Below, piece by piece: positions 20,768 through 29,651 of a DNA stretch of 64,000 bases; position 1 is the first letter of the stretch, and each line of letters starts with the position of its first letter. This stretch comes from Candidatus Uhrbacteria bacterium (GTDB lineage Bacteria; Patescibacteriota; Patescibacteriia; UBA9934; GWF2-40-263): contig JAERTI010000055.1 in NCBI GenBank assembly GCA_016844925.1, positions 1,459-65,458 of the forward strand. Reading direction: 5' to 3'. The notes under the pieces were generated by a model that had not been told where the DNA came from, made no database searches, and saw only the letters and a list, made by a program, of their open reading frames with translations. Made by a program: the position numbers and the translations under genes.

Positions 20768-21901
20768 ATGGAACAGAGGCAGACCGCCTTGTTCGCCCCG
20801 CGGCTTCTCGTCGCATCCTTCATCATCCTCACGGGCGCTGCCTGCGGTGACCTCTCGGTCTCCGACACGGCGCTCAATGAGTTCGAGCACGCCGGTGGTG
20901 TGTGGGAAACGGACGATGGATTCAGCCACATCGTCTACGATGGCAACAGCTACGGCGACTCCATCACCGACTGCATGAGCACGGAGTACGACTTCGCCCT
21001 CATGTTCGGGGAGTGCTACGAGTACGCTTCCATCCCCTACGCCCTGGGCGCGGTGACGAGTGGCGGCACCATGGACGTGGAGAACCAGTCCACGGGCTCA
21101 TGGGCCACCATGGACGCCTCCAGCTTCCTGGACTTCAACGGCCTCACCCCCGGCATCGCCCGCGTGCTCTGCTACACGGACAAGCCGGAGGAGTACAAGG
21201 CCGACTGCGAGGTCGAGAACGACTACGACAGCTTCGCCCCGGACTTCTACATGGAGATCGACACGGGCGACTACAACACCATCACGGTCTACCGTGGCAG
21301 TGCCAGCAGCGGCCTGGGCGAAGTGTTCCTGGGCAAGGACGGCGACTACAACTGCGACGGCGTGGACACCCCGGACGCCACCGTGCGCCTGGTCCGCACC
21401 TCGCTGGCCTACGACAGCGCGATCATCGAGCTGCTGGGCGAAGGCGGTCACGTCACATGGCCCGAGTGCATGCCCGACGGCTGGTACGACGAGCCCGAGG
21501 ACACCGGCGGTGCCGGCGACACGGGTGGTGACACCGGCATGGCGGGAACCGGTGAGAGCGAGGAGGTTCAGAACTTCCAGTATCCACCGATGTTCTACAT
21601 CACGAAGATCAACGCCCTGTGGCAGGTGACGCCCCAGAGCCAGCAGGCCTACCAGGCCACGGCGGACAGCTTCTTCGAGGAGCACCACCCCGAGCTCTAC
21701 GGCAGCGACATCCACCTGTTCGTGATGCGCCGCATCGACGCGTACTTCACCGACGCCTCCACCCGCGTGTTCTACGACACCCTCCTGAACACCATGGACC
21801 TGGCCGTCGCGCTGGATCTGCAGGCCCCTGCGAACAAGATCTTCGGGCACTGGATCAAGAACTACCGCCACTGGGAAGCCAACCGACAGAACCCTTTCTA
21901 G
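20768..21901 (+). CDS. Secreted acidic lipoprotein with DTG-rich linker (accessory cassette)
   Basis: Lipobox LTGAAC; EDTGGAGDTGGDTG; almost all codons end in C/G; terminator CCCTGACC/GGTCAGGG. Confidence 0.75.
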   Translation: MEQRQTALFAPRLLVASFIILTGAACGDLSVSDTALNEFEHAGGVWETDDGFSHIVYDGNSYGDSITDCMSTEYDFALMFGECYEYASIPYALGAVTSGGTMDVENQSTGSWATMDASSFLDFNGLTPGIARVLCYTDKPEEYKADCEVENDYDSFAPDFYMEIDTGDYNTITVYRGSASSGLGEVFLGKDGDYNCDGVDTPDATVRLVRTSLAYDSAIIELLGEGGHVTWPECMPDGWYDEPEDTGGAGDTGGDTGMAGTGESEEVQNFQYPPMFYITKINALWQVTPQSQQAYQATADSFFEEHHPELYGSDIHLFVMRRIDAYFTDASTRVFYDTLLNTMDLAVALDLQAPANKIFGHWIKNYRHWEANRQNPF

Positions 21902-21984
21902 GAGGAACTCCCCCTGACCTACGACGGTCAGGGATTTTTATTTGTTTGGCATCAAAAAACTCAGGGAAAAACCCTGAGTGTTAC

Positions 21985-23115
21985 TTACCGATAATTAGCC
22001 GGCTCATACACATTCCGCGCATTCCACAGAATCCACCCACTCGCGCCCGCATCTCTTGCCGCCTGTATCTGCGCCTCGATCAAATCTGCTGTGTATACCG
22101 CTCCGATATCGAAATCCTGTAACCATGGCCGACTCCGCGCCGCCAGCTCTTCATCTGAGCACGCACACAACCCTCGTGTCAGGCGCAGCCCCTCGTCAAG
22201 CGACATCTTCACAATCTCATAGGGATGCTTGGCTGGATTCGCTAGCCCCTTAAATCCGTCTGGGTAGTGACTTGGATAGACCATCGGTGAAATGTAATCA
22301 GCGTACGGCAACACATCTACCAGGCGCTGACCAATGTTGTAATCGTTATAGGACCAATACGTCATCCCGAAAAGATCGAACGACACAGGAATCTCTTTCT
22401 CCTGCATGGCCCCTCCTACAGTTTTAAAAAACCGCTGCATCACATCCACCTTTGACTCGATGCCATCGTACACGGGATACACAATCGCATTGACTGCGCC
22501 ATCTGAAGCAAAGCGCACATAGTCATACTGAATCTCATCAAACCCGAGCTCATAGAGCGCCTCCCCAAGCTCAATCACCTCCTGGGCAACAATTGGCGCT
22601 GCGGGGTCAACCCAAATCGAGCCAATGCTGTCATACCAATAGCCTCCCCCCGCTGTCCTGAGGGCTACATTCGGCCAGACGCGAGCCATTTCTCCATTGC
22701 GCATCACAGCAATGCGCGCGATGCGATAGATCCCCGCCTCAGCAAGTTCTGAGAGCACTGGCGTAAATTCCTCAATGTCGACAATCGTCCCATCGTCCAG
22801 CTGCGCATCAATCACCACGGCGTTAAGTCCGGTCTCAGTTATATACCCAAGCAACTCATCGGCACGAGCCGAACGCGCTGTGACCGCTGTCCAGTAGATG
22901 CCGCGGACTTCATCGGGAATTGGCACACGTGTCGTGGTCGCCACTTCTGGGGCAACCTCTTCTTCCAGCACTTGCTCCTCAGCAACTTCTGATACTGGCA
23001 CCGTACGCTCCTCGTCTTGCTCAACAGAAACAATCCCTCCAACCAAAAACGGAATTCCTGCGAGCACAATCAAAAACACAGGCACCATCCAGGTGAACCT
23101 GTGTTTTGTTTCCAT
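21985..23115 (-). CDS. Putative glycoside hydrolase (DUF4015-like)
   Basis: RGIYWT, NAVVID, IARI, GFDEIQYDYVRF, SPMVYPSHY, RPWLQDF, WILWNARNVY. Confidence 0.85.
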   Translation of the reverse strand: METKHRFTWMVPVFLIVLAGIPFLVGGIVSVEQDEERTVPVSEVAEEQVLEEEVAPEVATTTRVPIPDEVRGIYWTAVTARSARADELLGYITETGLNAVVIDAQLDDGTIVDIEEFTPVLSELAEAGIYRIARIAVMRNGEMARVWPNVALRTAGGGYWYDSIGSIWVDPAAPIVAQEVIELGEALYELGFDEIQYDYVRFASDGAVNAIVYPVYDGIESKVDVMQRFFKTVGGAMQEKEIPVSFDLFGMTYWSYNDYNIGQRLVDVLPYADYISPMVYPSHYPDGFKGLANPAKHPYEIVKMSLDEGLRLTRGLCACSDEELAARSRPWLQDFDIGAVYTADLIEAQIQAARDAGASGWILWNARNVYEPANYR

Positions 23116-23116
23116 A

Positions 23117-23722
23117 TTACTGTTTGTCCTCCACGCTTACCGTTGTCATTACATCTCCGATAGCGATAGCGTCGACAATCTCGAGCCCTTCAGTCACGCG
23201 ACCAAAAATGCTGTAAGCCTTAGGGAGTGGTACGTCAGCCAACATGATGAAGAACTGAGAACCGTTGGTGTTAGGACCAGCGTTGGCCATGGCCACAATG
23301 CCACGCTCGTACTGATACTCATCCTGCAGCTCATCCTCAAAGCGGTAACCAGGACCACCGGTTCCGTTTCCATTTGGATCACCTCCCTGAATCACGAATC
23401 CTTCTTCGCGACGGTGGAATGTCAGGCCGTTGTAGTACTCACCCTCTGTCAGATAGACAAAGTTTGAGACGGTCTTAGGGGCCGTGTCGGCAAAGAGTTC
23501 AAAGACGATATCGCCTTTCTCTGTTGCAAGCCGAATCTGCTTTCCTTCAATCTTCTCAGCCTCCAGCACTCCAGGGAATGCCCATGCCTCCGGTGTTGTG
23601 TCTGCCACAATCTCTGTTTCGTTAATGGTTAGGTCTGTTTCCTCCTGTTCAGGCTGCGTCTGATTGCAGCCAGCCCCCATGAGCACGAGCAGTGCCAGGG
23701 GCACAAGTACAAATCGTTTCAT
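23117..23722 (-). CDS. Cyclophilin-type peptidyl-prolyl isomerase, lipoprotein
   Basis: APKTVSNF, YYNGLTFHR, IQGGDP, AMANAGPNTNGSQFFI; lipobox LMGAGC. Confidence 0.93.
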   Translation of the reverse strand: MKRFVLVPLALLVLMGAGCNQTQPEQEETDLTINETEIVADTTPEAWAFPGVLEAEKIEGKQIRLATEKGDIVFELFADTAPKTVSNFVYLTEGEYYNGLTFHRREEGFVIQGGDPNGNGTGGPGYRFEDELQDEYQYERGIVAMANAGPNTNGSQFFIMLADVPLPKAYSIFGRVTEGLEIVDAIAIGDVMTTVSVEDKQ

Positions 23723-23751
23723 ACGAGAATGAGATACTAAACCTTCTTTAG

Positions 23752-24315
23752 CTAAAATGCTAGTCCGAGCTGTGTCATGACCAGGTCAAATGACGGAGCT
23801 CCGAGAATCACGATCCCTGAAAGGATGGCGATCATGATGGAAAGCACAGCCACAAGCTTCTCTGCACGCATTGGAATGTGATCACAGTTTCGGCAAGTGC
23901 CAATGTACACAATCTTTCGATGCACCTCTACAGGCACAGGCTCGTGCGTCACCTTGCTCTCTGTGACAGAGACAATCGGTGCTTTCATCTCAATAGCCTC
24001 TTCCACAACCTGCTGTACCGTCTTTTCAATCTTTAACTCAACCGTCTGCTTTGCCACAGGCTTCTTGGCGACAGGTTTCTTAGCCGTCACCTTCTTAGCA
24101 ACAGGCTTTTTCTTCGCAACGGCCTTCTTCTTCGCCGCAGGTTTCTTTGCGGCGGTCTTTTTTGCGACCGGCTTCTTCGCAACCGTCTTTTTCTTTGCGA
24201 CAGGCTTCTTTGCTGTCACCTTCTTTTTTGCTGCAGCAGGTTTTTTTGCCGCAGGCTTTTTTGCAGCCGTCTTTTTCTTGGCAGCTGCCGATGGCGCCTT
24301 CTTTTTTGTCGGCAT
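23752..24315 (-). CDS. Histone H1-like Lys/Ala-rich protein with CxxC and C-terminal TM
   Basis: Repeated KKPAAKK/KKPVAKK; CRNC; C-terminal LVAVLSIMIAILSGIVILG. Confidence 0.75.
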   Translation of the reverse strand: MPTKKKAPSAAAKKKTAAKKPAAKKPAAAKKKVTAKKPVAKKKTVAKKPVAKKTAAKKPAAKKKAVAKKKPVAKKVTAKKPVAKKPVAKQTVELKIEKTVQQVVEEAIEMKAPIVSVTESKVTHEPVPVEVHRKIVYIGTCRNCDHIPMRAEKLVAVLSIMIAILSGIVILGAPSFDLVMTQLGLAF

Positions 24316-24429
24316 AATGTTTCTCTCCCCGAGTCCCCCCGAGAAATAATGAACGAAAGACTGACATCGCGAGCACCCCTATGGCACATTCACTCCTGTC
24401 AGTCTCGAGAATTATGATTGTTGATGTCA

Positions 24430-24882
24430 TTATAGCACACGGCTCACGGCCGTCACTAGTGTGGATCCGGAAAACTCGATCACCGCACTCACTGATCCGT
24501 CCGTCAGATCAAAACTTGTCGCAAGCGGAAGCCAGGTAAGCGTGTCTCGATCGAATTCATAGAGCACCACCTCTGTCACATCCACTCCACCGCTCACCAC
24601 CACCGTCAACTCCCCCTGCTCGAGCAATCCACGGTCGAGTGTTAACTCATACACGGGCCCAAGCGCTCCCTCAACTCCAACCTCTACTCCCTGAAGCCGC
24701 TCTACCGTAAGCGAGGCCGCACTACGCGTAAGCCCACTCACTTGCACAGCCCCATCCGGTGACCCAGCCACCATCTCCTCCGGTGCTGGCGACCACACAA
24801 GCGCAAGCGTGCCGATCAAAACCATGGCCACCATCGCCGCCACAGCCCAATTAGGTTTTTCCCGTCTCTTCTTCCCCGCCAT
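24430..24882 (-). CDS. Hypothetical membrane-anchored protein
   Basis: N-terminal TM; near-leaderless promoter TGaTATACT-N8-ATG. Confidence 0.65.
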   Translation of the reverse strand: MAGKKRREKPNWAVAAMVAMVLIGTLALVWSPAPEEMVAGSPDGAVQVSGLTRSAASLTVERLQGVEVGVEGALGPVYELTLDRGLLEQGELTVVVSGGVDVTEVVLYEFDRDTLTWLPLATSFDLTDGSVSAVIEFSGSTLVTAVSRVL

Positions 24883-24905
24883 ATACCCCCAGTATATCAG
24901 GAAAC

Positions 24906-24938
24906 AAAAAATAGGGGGCTCGATGCCCTCTATTTTTT
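24906..24938. terminator. Bidirectional intrinsic terminator
   Basis: AAAAAATAGGGGGC-tcgat-GCCCTCTATTTTTT. Confidence 0.8.
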
Positions 24939-24974
24939 ACTCCTCACCACCTCACCTTCCATTCGGTCCACCAC

Positions 24975-25139
24975 GGCGAACGAGCGCTGGGACAATTTTG
25001 AGTCGGACAGTGTCCCTATAGATCTCAAAATTCGTACCAGCGATCGGTTCGCCCAGCCATAGCGAGACTACACGCCCCCATCTCGACAGGCTCGATGAGT
25101 ATTTGTCGAAGCAATCGAAAAGCCTCAAGTGTCTGCTTC
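24975..25139. ncRNA. Candidate structured RNA (unassigned)
   Basis: No credible ORF. Rod GGCGAAC/GTTCGCC, CGCTGG/CCAGCG, AATTTTGAG/CTCAAAATT, plus hairpins TCGACA/TGTCGA and GAAGCA/TGCTTC. Confidence 0.4.
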
Positions 25140-25146
25140 ACGAGCA

Positions 25147-26238
25147 CTAGAACAGCTTCCCTTCCTCTGCATCTGGCTGCATTTTCTCTCGCTCACGAGT
25201 AGGCCCCTCCCACGGGAATCCCTCTCGACCAAAATGCCCGTAGCTCGCTGTCGCCTGATACACAGGCTTGAGCAAATCTAGTCGCTCCACAATCGCCTCA
25301 GGCCGAAAATCAAACTTCTCTTTAATCAAATTTGTCAGGTCCATCTTAGCCCCCTTGGACTTCACGCCTATCCCAGCCGCATGAATATGCACGGGTTCAG
25401 CGCGACCCATCGAATACACCAGGTTCACCATCGCTGCAGACGCCAGGCCCTCTGAAACAATGTAGCGCGCGGCGTGCCGAGCCATGTACGAACCAGCACG
25501 ATCCACTTTCCCTGGATTTTTTCCAGAAAGTGCACAGTCCCCATGTGGAATCAGACCCCCATAGGTATCCACGTTCGACTTGCGCCCACTGGCACCAGAG
25601 TCTGCGCGGAATCCCACCTCTGTGAAACTTCCAATGGGATTAATGTAAAGCTGCGCGCCCTGCTCTCCCACAATCGGTACGAGCAACCGCTCCAGAAGTG
25701 CTGTCTGTACATCCTTGTCAGCCACGCTCACCTGGTGCGATGCACACACGGTCACGCCCACCACCTTGTCGCGGTCCATGACCACCTGCACTTTTCCATC
25801 AGGCTTGAGCCAAGAGAACGCAGGATCTGTCTTGCGCAAGTCATCAAGCCGTCGAGAAAGGTTGTGTGCGTAGACCACTGCCCGCGGCAGAAGCTCGCGC
25901 GTCTCACTCGTCGCGTACCCGTTAATCACCACGTTATCCGTCGTGCCGTTTTTAATGCGCTTCATTTCATCGGACTGCGCCTCGATGTTTACAAACACCT
26001 CCACATCATCTCGGTAGCCGATGTCCTTATACACCTTCTGTGCGAGCGCCCCGATATCAAAGTCCGCCGTTGAGGTCACCTCCCCACCAATCATCATCAT
26101 TCCGTGACTCCCCATTACATTGAGATCCACCTGGGCCTGTGGGTCTCGGCGCAAATATTCATCAACAATAGCATCGGCAATCTGGTCACAAACCTTATCC
26201 GGATGCCCCTGTGTAACAGATTCAACAGTCTTTTTCAT
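25147..26238 (-). CDS. metK: S-adenosylmethionine synthetase, divergent
   Basis: ESVTQGHPDKVCDQIAD, PDGKVQV, GRK..VDTYGG, KVDRAGSY, TASYGHFGR; start at TATG 26238. Confidence 0.85.
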   Translation of the reverse strand: MKKTVESVTQGHPDKVCDQIADAIVDEYLRRDPQAQVDLNVMGSHGMMMIGGEVTSTADFDIGALAQKVYKDIGYRDDVEVFVNIEAQSDEMKRIKNGTTDNVVINGYATSETRELLPRAVVYAHNLSRRLDDLRKTDPAFSWLKPDGKVQVVMDRDKVVGVTVCASHQVSVADKDVQTALLERLLVPIVGEQGAQLYINPIGSFTEVGFRADSGASGRKSNVDTYGGLIPHGDCALSGKNPGKVDRAGSYMARHAARYIVSEGLASAAMVNLVYSMGRAEPVHIHAAGIGVKSKGAKMDLTNLIKEKFDFRPEAIVERLDLLKPVYQATASYGHFGREGFPWEGPTREREKMQPDAEEGKLF

Positions 26239-26348
26239 AGCGACGACAGGATAACAGATGAGTACCCTACCTTCAATTGTTGACAACTCACAGGGAGCAA
26301 GGTGAAATGCCTCAGCCGCACACGATGTGACGGTAGAAAGGCCTCTCG

Positions 26349-26891
26349 ATGCCCCCTGCTCCTGCTCCCCCGTTCCTGACTCGACTCGACGCCTACAGCC
26401 TCTCCCAAGCCGAGAACATCCTCTTCCTGGGAAGCCTCTGGTTCCTGTTCATGAGCTTCCTCATGTTCGTGCAGCCGGGCCCTCTGGATCCGAAGCTGCT
26501 AATCGGCATGACCATCACGCTTCTGGCCGGCGTTGGACTTGGGTGCTGGAGCATCTGGTACCAGCTCACCGGCGAGCACAACGTGTACAAGAAGTTCATC
26601 ACCCTGTGTGAGGAGCAAAGGCTCCTGCAGCAAGGTGAAGAGCTCGCCGCCAGCTACGCGCAGATCAACAGACTCCGACGCATCTACAAGGAAGACACGA
26701 GCCTGTCTGAGACCATGGTGGCGCGCATGCTCAAGGACCTCGACCTCGAGGAAGAACTCCTCCGCGAAACGCAGGTGGCCCTCCACCTCAAGCAGGCGCC
26801 GCTCCTGCAACGAGCCTTCGAGGCAAGCCGCCACGCGTTCCCCTGGGAGAACTTCACCGAGACGGCCAAGCAACCCGCTGTGAGCACCTAG
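26349..26891 (+). CDS. Hypothetical 2-TM protein with coiled C-terminus (cassette)
   Basis: Two TM helices; GC3-rich; upstream TTGACA at 26280. Confidence 0.7.
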   Translation: MPPAPAPPFLTRLDAYSLSQAENILFLGSLWFLFMSFLMFVQPGPLDPKLLIGMTITLLAGVGLGCWSIWYQLTGEHNVYKKFITLCEEQRLLQQGEELAASYAQINRLRRIYKEDTSLSETMVARMLKDLDLEEELLRETQVALHLKQAPLLQRAFEASRHAFPWENFTETAKQPAVST

Positions 26892-26906
26892 CTCACGACG
26901 CCCACC

Positions 26907-26962
26907 GACCCTCACGCGAAGGGTCTTTTTCTTTTGACAAAAGCTCTCAAAACTCCTAACGT
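26907..26962 (+). repeat. Cassette-boundary element (variant) plus promoter
   Basis: GACCCT-cacgcga-AGGGTC-TTTTTC-TTTTGACA-N17-TAACGT. Confidence 0.8.
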
Positions 26963-26991
26963 CACCCCCTGCTCTTTCAAAGGAGACGCGG

Positions 26992-28509
26992 ATGGCAACG
27001 ACCAGACTCCGGTGGCTCAGCCGGTACCCAATCCCGGGAACAACTGGCCAGCTCATCGGTTCCAAAACAAACGGACTACGCCCTGCAGCAAACGCCTCAG
27101 GTGTGCTTTCAGAGCACATGTCCAACCACGTCCTGAAGAAAATCAATGGCGACCCAGAAGTTCTCGAAGAGATCCTCAGGGCCGTGGTCAACTACTCGGT
27201 GGCCGATTTCCAATGTGCCGCGCATGCGCGCACGGCCATCTTCCGGTGCCTGGTGCAAACGGGTGACAAGTACCTCACTCAACTAGACAGCCTGCTCACC
27301 AAAGCCCACAGGACCTTCTCCAGAATCCCCTACGCTCTGAACATGATCGGCTTCACTGAAGCATGCGGGTTCCGCTACGATCGCGTCGAGCACTACCTCA
27401 TGCTCATCGAAACCCTCGATACCTTCATGGCACGTGAGGTGGGGCCCTGGCTGCCACACGACGACAGACGGAAGCGACCTGCTTACGTTAGCGGTGCGGC
27501 CAAAGGCCTGTCAGAACAACTCGGTCTCGAACCAGGTTCTCTGAAAGCGCTCGGTAAGCCTCCGCTCAGACTTAGACCACGAACTCTCGCTCTAAGCTGC
27601 GAGCTTCACCTCACAGCGCCGGGCGTGAACGAGCTCATGCAGTACACCACGGCCGGCGGAATCGCCCTCACCCTCGGGGCCCTCTGGAGGACCGTCGATG
27701 CCATGCTCCACGCGGGCATGTCTTCCGGATCATTACGCAAGTTCGTCGAACGACTGAACGTCCCCATGCTTCGCTGGGCGCACCAATGCCTCCAAGCAGG
27801 CTCCATCGATCTCAAGATGGTTCGTGCACTACCCCAGCAGCCACTGGACTGGTACATCGCACAGAAAGACCTAAACCTAGACGTTCTCCCTGTGCTGAAA
27901 GCCTGGTCCGATGAAGGCCACCCCTGTGGGTGGAGTGAGTGGATCAAGTTGGGTGGTACCACAGACGCCTGGCAACAAGAGGCCAAAAGGCAGGAGCAGC
28001 GCAAACTCGAACGAGAAGCGCACTTCGCTCAAAAGCAGGCAGGGACAAAGCCGCCATCGCCGCGACCCAAACCAATCCCTACGGTGTCACCTGCGAATCA
28101 AACCCCCACGGGAAGAAAGCGACACCATCCTGGCCACAAAGCACAAGAGCAGACGCAGGAAATCAACTGGGGGGAGACTCTCGTGAATCTCGTAGAGATG
28201 GTTCAAAGCCACCTAGACGATGTTGATGACAATCTCTCCGCTGGAATCCTCCTCTCGCTCATCCGCTCGGGTGATCGCCTCATGCCACGGTCCCGCTGGC
28301 CCAAGATGAAACTCAACAAGCTTCGTCGAGAAGTGAAGCGGCTGGTCGACGGCGCAAGCAACCGTGAGATCAATGCCGCGCTTGGATCCCTAGAGGCCAT
28401 CCGCCTTGTCCGGCAGACCGCTGGCAAGTACCACATCTCCGAAACCACGCCGCGCCACACGGGCGCAGCCGAAATCCGCAAAAGGCTCATCAGCCTCTGC
28501 AGCTCCTGA
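26992..28509 (+). CDS. Hypothetical protein, possible C-terminal winged helix (cassette)
   Basis: 505-aa ORF; SD AAGGAG; C-terminal REINAALGSLEAIRLVRQTAGKYHI. Confidence 0.7.
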   Translation: MATTRLRWLSRYPIPGTTGQLIGSKTNGLRPAANASGVLSEHMSNHVLKKINGDPEVLEEILRAVVNYSVADFQCAAHARTAIFRCLVQTGDKYLTQLDSLLTKAHRTFSRIPYALNMIGFTEACGFRYDRVEHYLMLIETLDTFMAREVGPWLPHDDRRKRPAYVSGAAKGLSEQLGLEPGSLKALGKPPLRLRPRTLALSCELHLTAPGVNELMQYTTAGGIALTLGALWRTVDAMLHAGMSSGSLRKFVERLNVPMLRWAHQCLQAGSIDLKMVRALPQQPLDWYIAQKDLNLDVLPVLKAWSDEGHPCGWSEWIKLGGTTDAWQQEAKRQEQRKLEREAHFAQKQAGTKPPSPRPKPIPTVSPANQTPTGRKRHHPGHKAQEQTQEINWGETLVNLVEMVQSHLDDVDDNLSAGILLSLIRSGDRLMPRSRWPKMKLNKLRREVKRLVDGASNREINAALGSLEAIRLVRQTAGKYHISETTPRHTGAAEIRKRLISLCSS

Positions 28510-28532
28510 CCCTCCTGAGGGTCTTTTTTCTT
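28508..28532 (+). repeat. 25-bp cassette-boundary repeat, copy 1
   Basis: GACCCTCCTGAGGGTCTTTTTTCTT; overlaps stop TGA 28507-28509; runs into TTGACC-N17-TACGGT. Confidence 0.9.
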
Positions 28533-28593
28533 GACCAAGCCCTCCATCTCCCCTACGGTGGCCCTCCGGCGTACGCTGGTAAAGGAACGTACC

Positions 28594-29151
28594 GTGTCAC
28601 CACACCACACCCCTTTCGAGCAAAGAAAGGGGCCCACCTACTTCACCTACGACGAAGTGCTCGCAAAGAGCGACGTGCAGATCATTGCCCTGAGCCTGCT
28701 GATCCCCGTGATGTTTGGCGCTCTGGCAGCGGCCTGGATCTACTTCCCCATCCCAACCACCGCCCAAGACAACATCCCGCTCTTGGTGACCGCTGGCTTG
28801 ATCTCCTCGCTCTGCGCCGGAGGCATCGGCGTCTCGCGCCTCCTGCGCTTCGACCGCACGCTTCACGCCGTGCGAACAAGCGACGAGGGAAAGAGGCTCT
28901 TCAACCGAGGGAGCACCTTGGCCACACTCCACCAGGCAATCCTGAAGGAGGAGGAAGATAACCACTTTCCTCGAACCAAAGATTCCTTTGAAAAGCGCGC
29001 ACAACGCTACCTTGACCGCTGGACGTACTACATCTCGCAGGCCGAGGCGCTCCACCGAGAGCAGCACAACCTCCTCAAGCTCTTCTACCGAAACGAAAAG
29101 CAGCCCGATCCCTGGAAGGATCGATGCAACTGCCCCAAGTTCGGACTCTGA
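28594..29151 (+). CDS. Hypothetical 2-TM protein (cassette)
   Basis: AAAGGA SD then GTG 28594; two TM helices and a helical C-terminus; architecture like 26349-26891. Confidence 0.7.
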   Translation: MSPHHTPFEQRKGPTYFTYDEVLAKSDVQIIALSLLIPVMFGALAAAWIYFPIPTTAQDNIPLLVTAGLISSLCAGGIGVSRLLRFDRTLHAVRTSDEGKRLFNRGSTLATLHQAILKEEEDNHFPRTKDSFEKRAQRYLDRWTYYISQAEALHREQHNLLKLFYRNEKQPDPWKDRCNCPKFGL

Positions 29152-29174
29152 CCCTCCTGAGGGTCTTTTTTCTT
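29150..29174 (+). repeat. 25-bp cassette-boundary repeat, copy 2
   Basis: Identical to copy 1; overlaps stop TGA 29149-29151; TTGACA at 29174. Confidence 0.9.
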
Positions 29175-29239
29175 TGACAATTCAACAAATCAACGCTTAG
29201 ATACCGACGTCACAGCACGCGTGACAGAAAGGATGCTTC

Positions 29240-29518
29240 GTGAGCGAACAGAAGATTACCCCAGCTGCCCTGCGCACGGCCTTCAAGCAGTCCATCAGAA
29301 ACTCTCTGGTGGTGGCACTCATCCTGGTCATCTCCATGGCCGTTCTGAGATTCGGCGTCTCACCGGAACCCAACGCAGAGGCCCATGCAATCGTCCTGGG
29401 CTTTGCTGCGCTCCTGCTGGTGATCGTCCTCTGGCACATGATCGGCAACATCTTCTTCTACTGGACCCACCCCGTCCGACGCGCAGCACTCCCAGACCAC
29501 CAGGAACCCTCCTCCTGA
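29240..29518 (+). CDS. Small 2-TM hypothetical protein (cassette)
   Basis: AAAGGA SD plus GTG; two TM helices. Confidence 0.65.
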   Translation: MSEQKITPAALRTAFKQSIRNSLVVALILVISMAVLRFGVSPEPNAEAHAIVLGFAALLLVIVLWHMIGNIFFYWTHPVRRAALPDHQEPSS

Positions 29519-29525
29519 CCACGCC

Positions 29526-29550
29526 GACCCTCCTGAGGGTCTTTTTTCTT
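29526..29550 (+). repeat. 25-bp cassette-boundary repeat, copy 3
   Basis: Identical to copies 1-2; followed by TTGACA(29564)-N17-TATATT. Confidence 0.9.
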
Positions 29551-29651
29551 TTCCGCAGAACCATTGACATTTCAGTTAAAATGAACTATATTCTCGCTCT
29601 GCTTCATTTGTCATGGTGGAGCGGATGAACCCTACTGAAAGGAGACATGAC

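Noticed and set aside
24030-24310. Tandem DNA repeats as a VNTR or non-coding array
   Set aside because: Explained by the KKPxAKK coding repeats with synonymous variation.
28508-29550. 25-bp repeats as a CRISPR array
   Set aside because: Spacing is ~350-620 bp and contains whole genes; no cas genes in the window.
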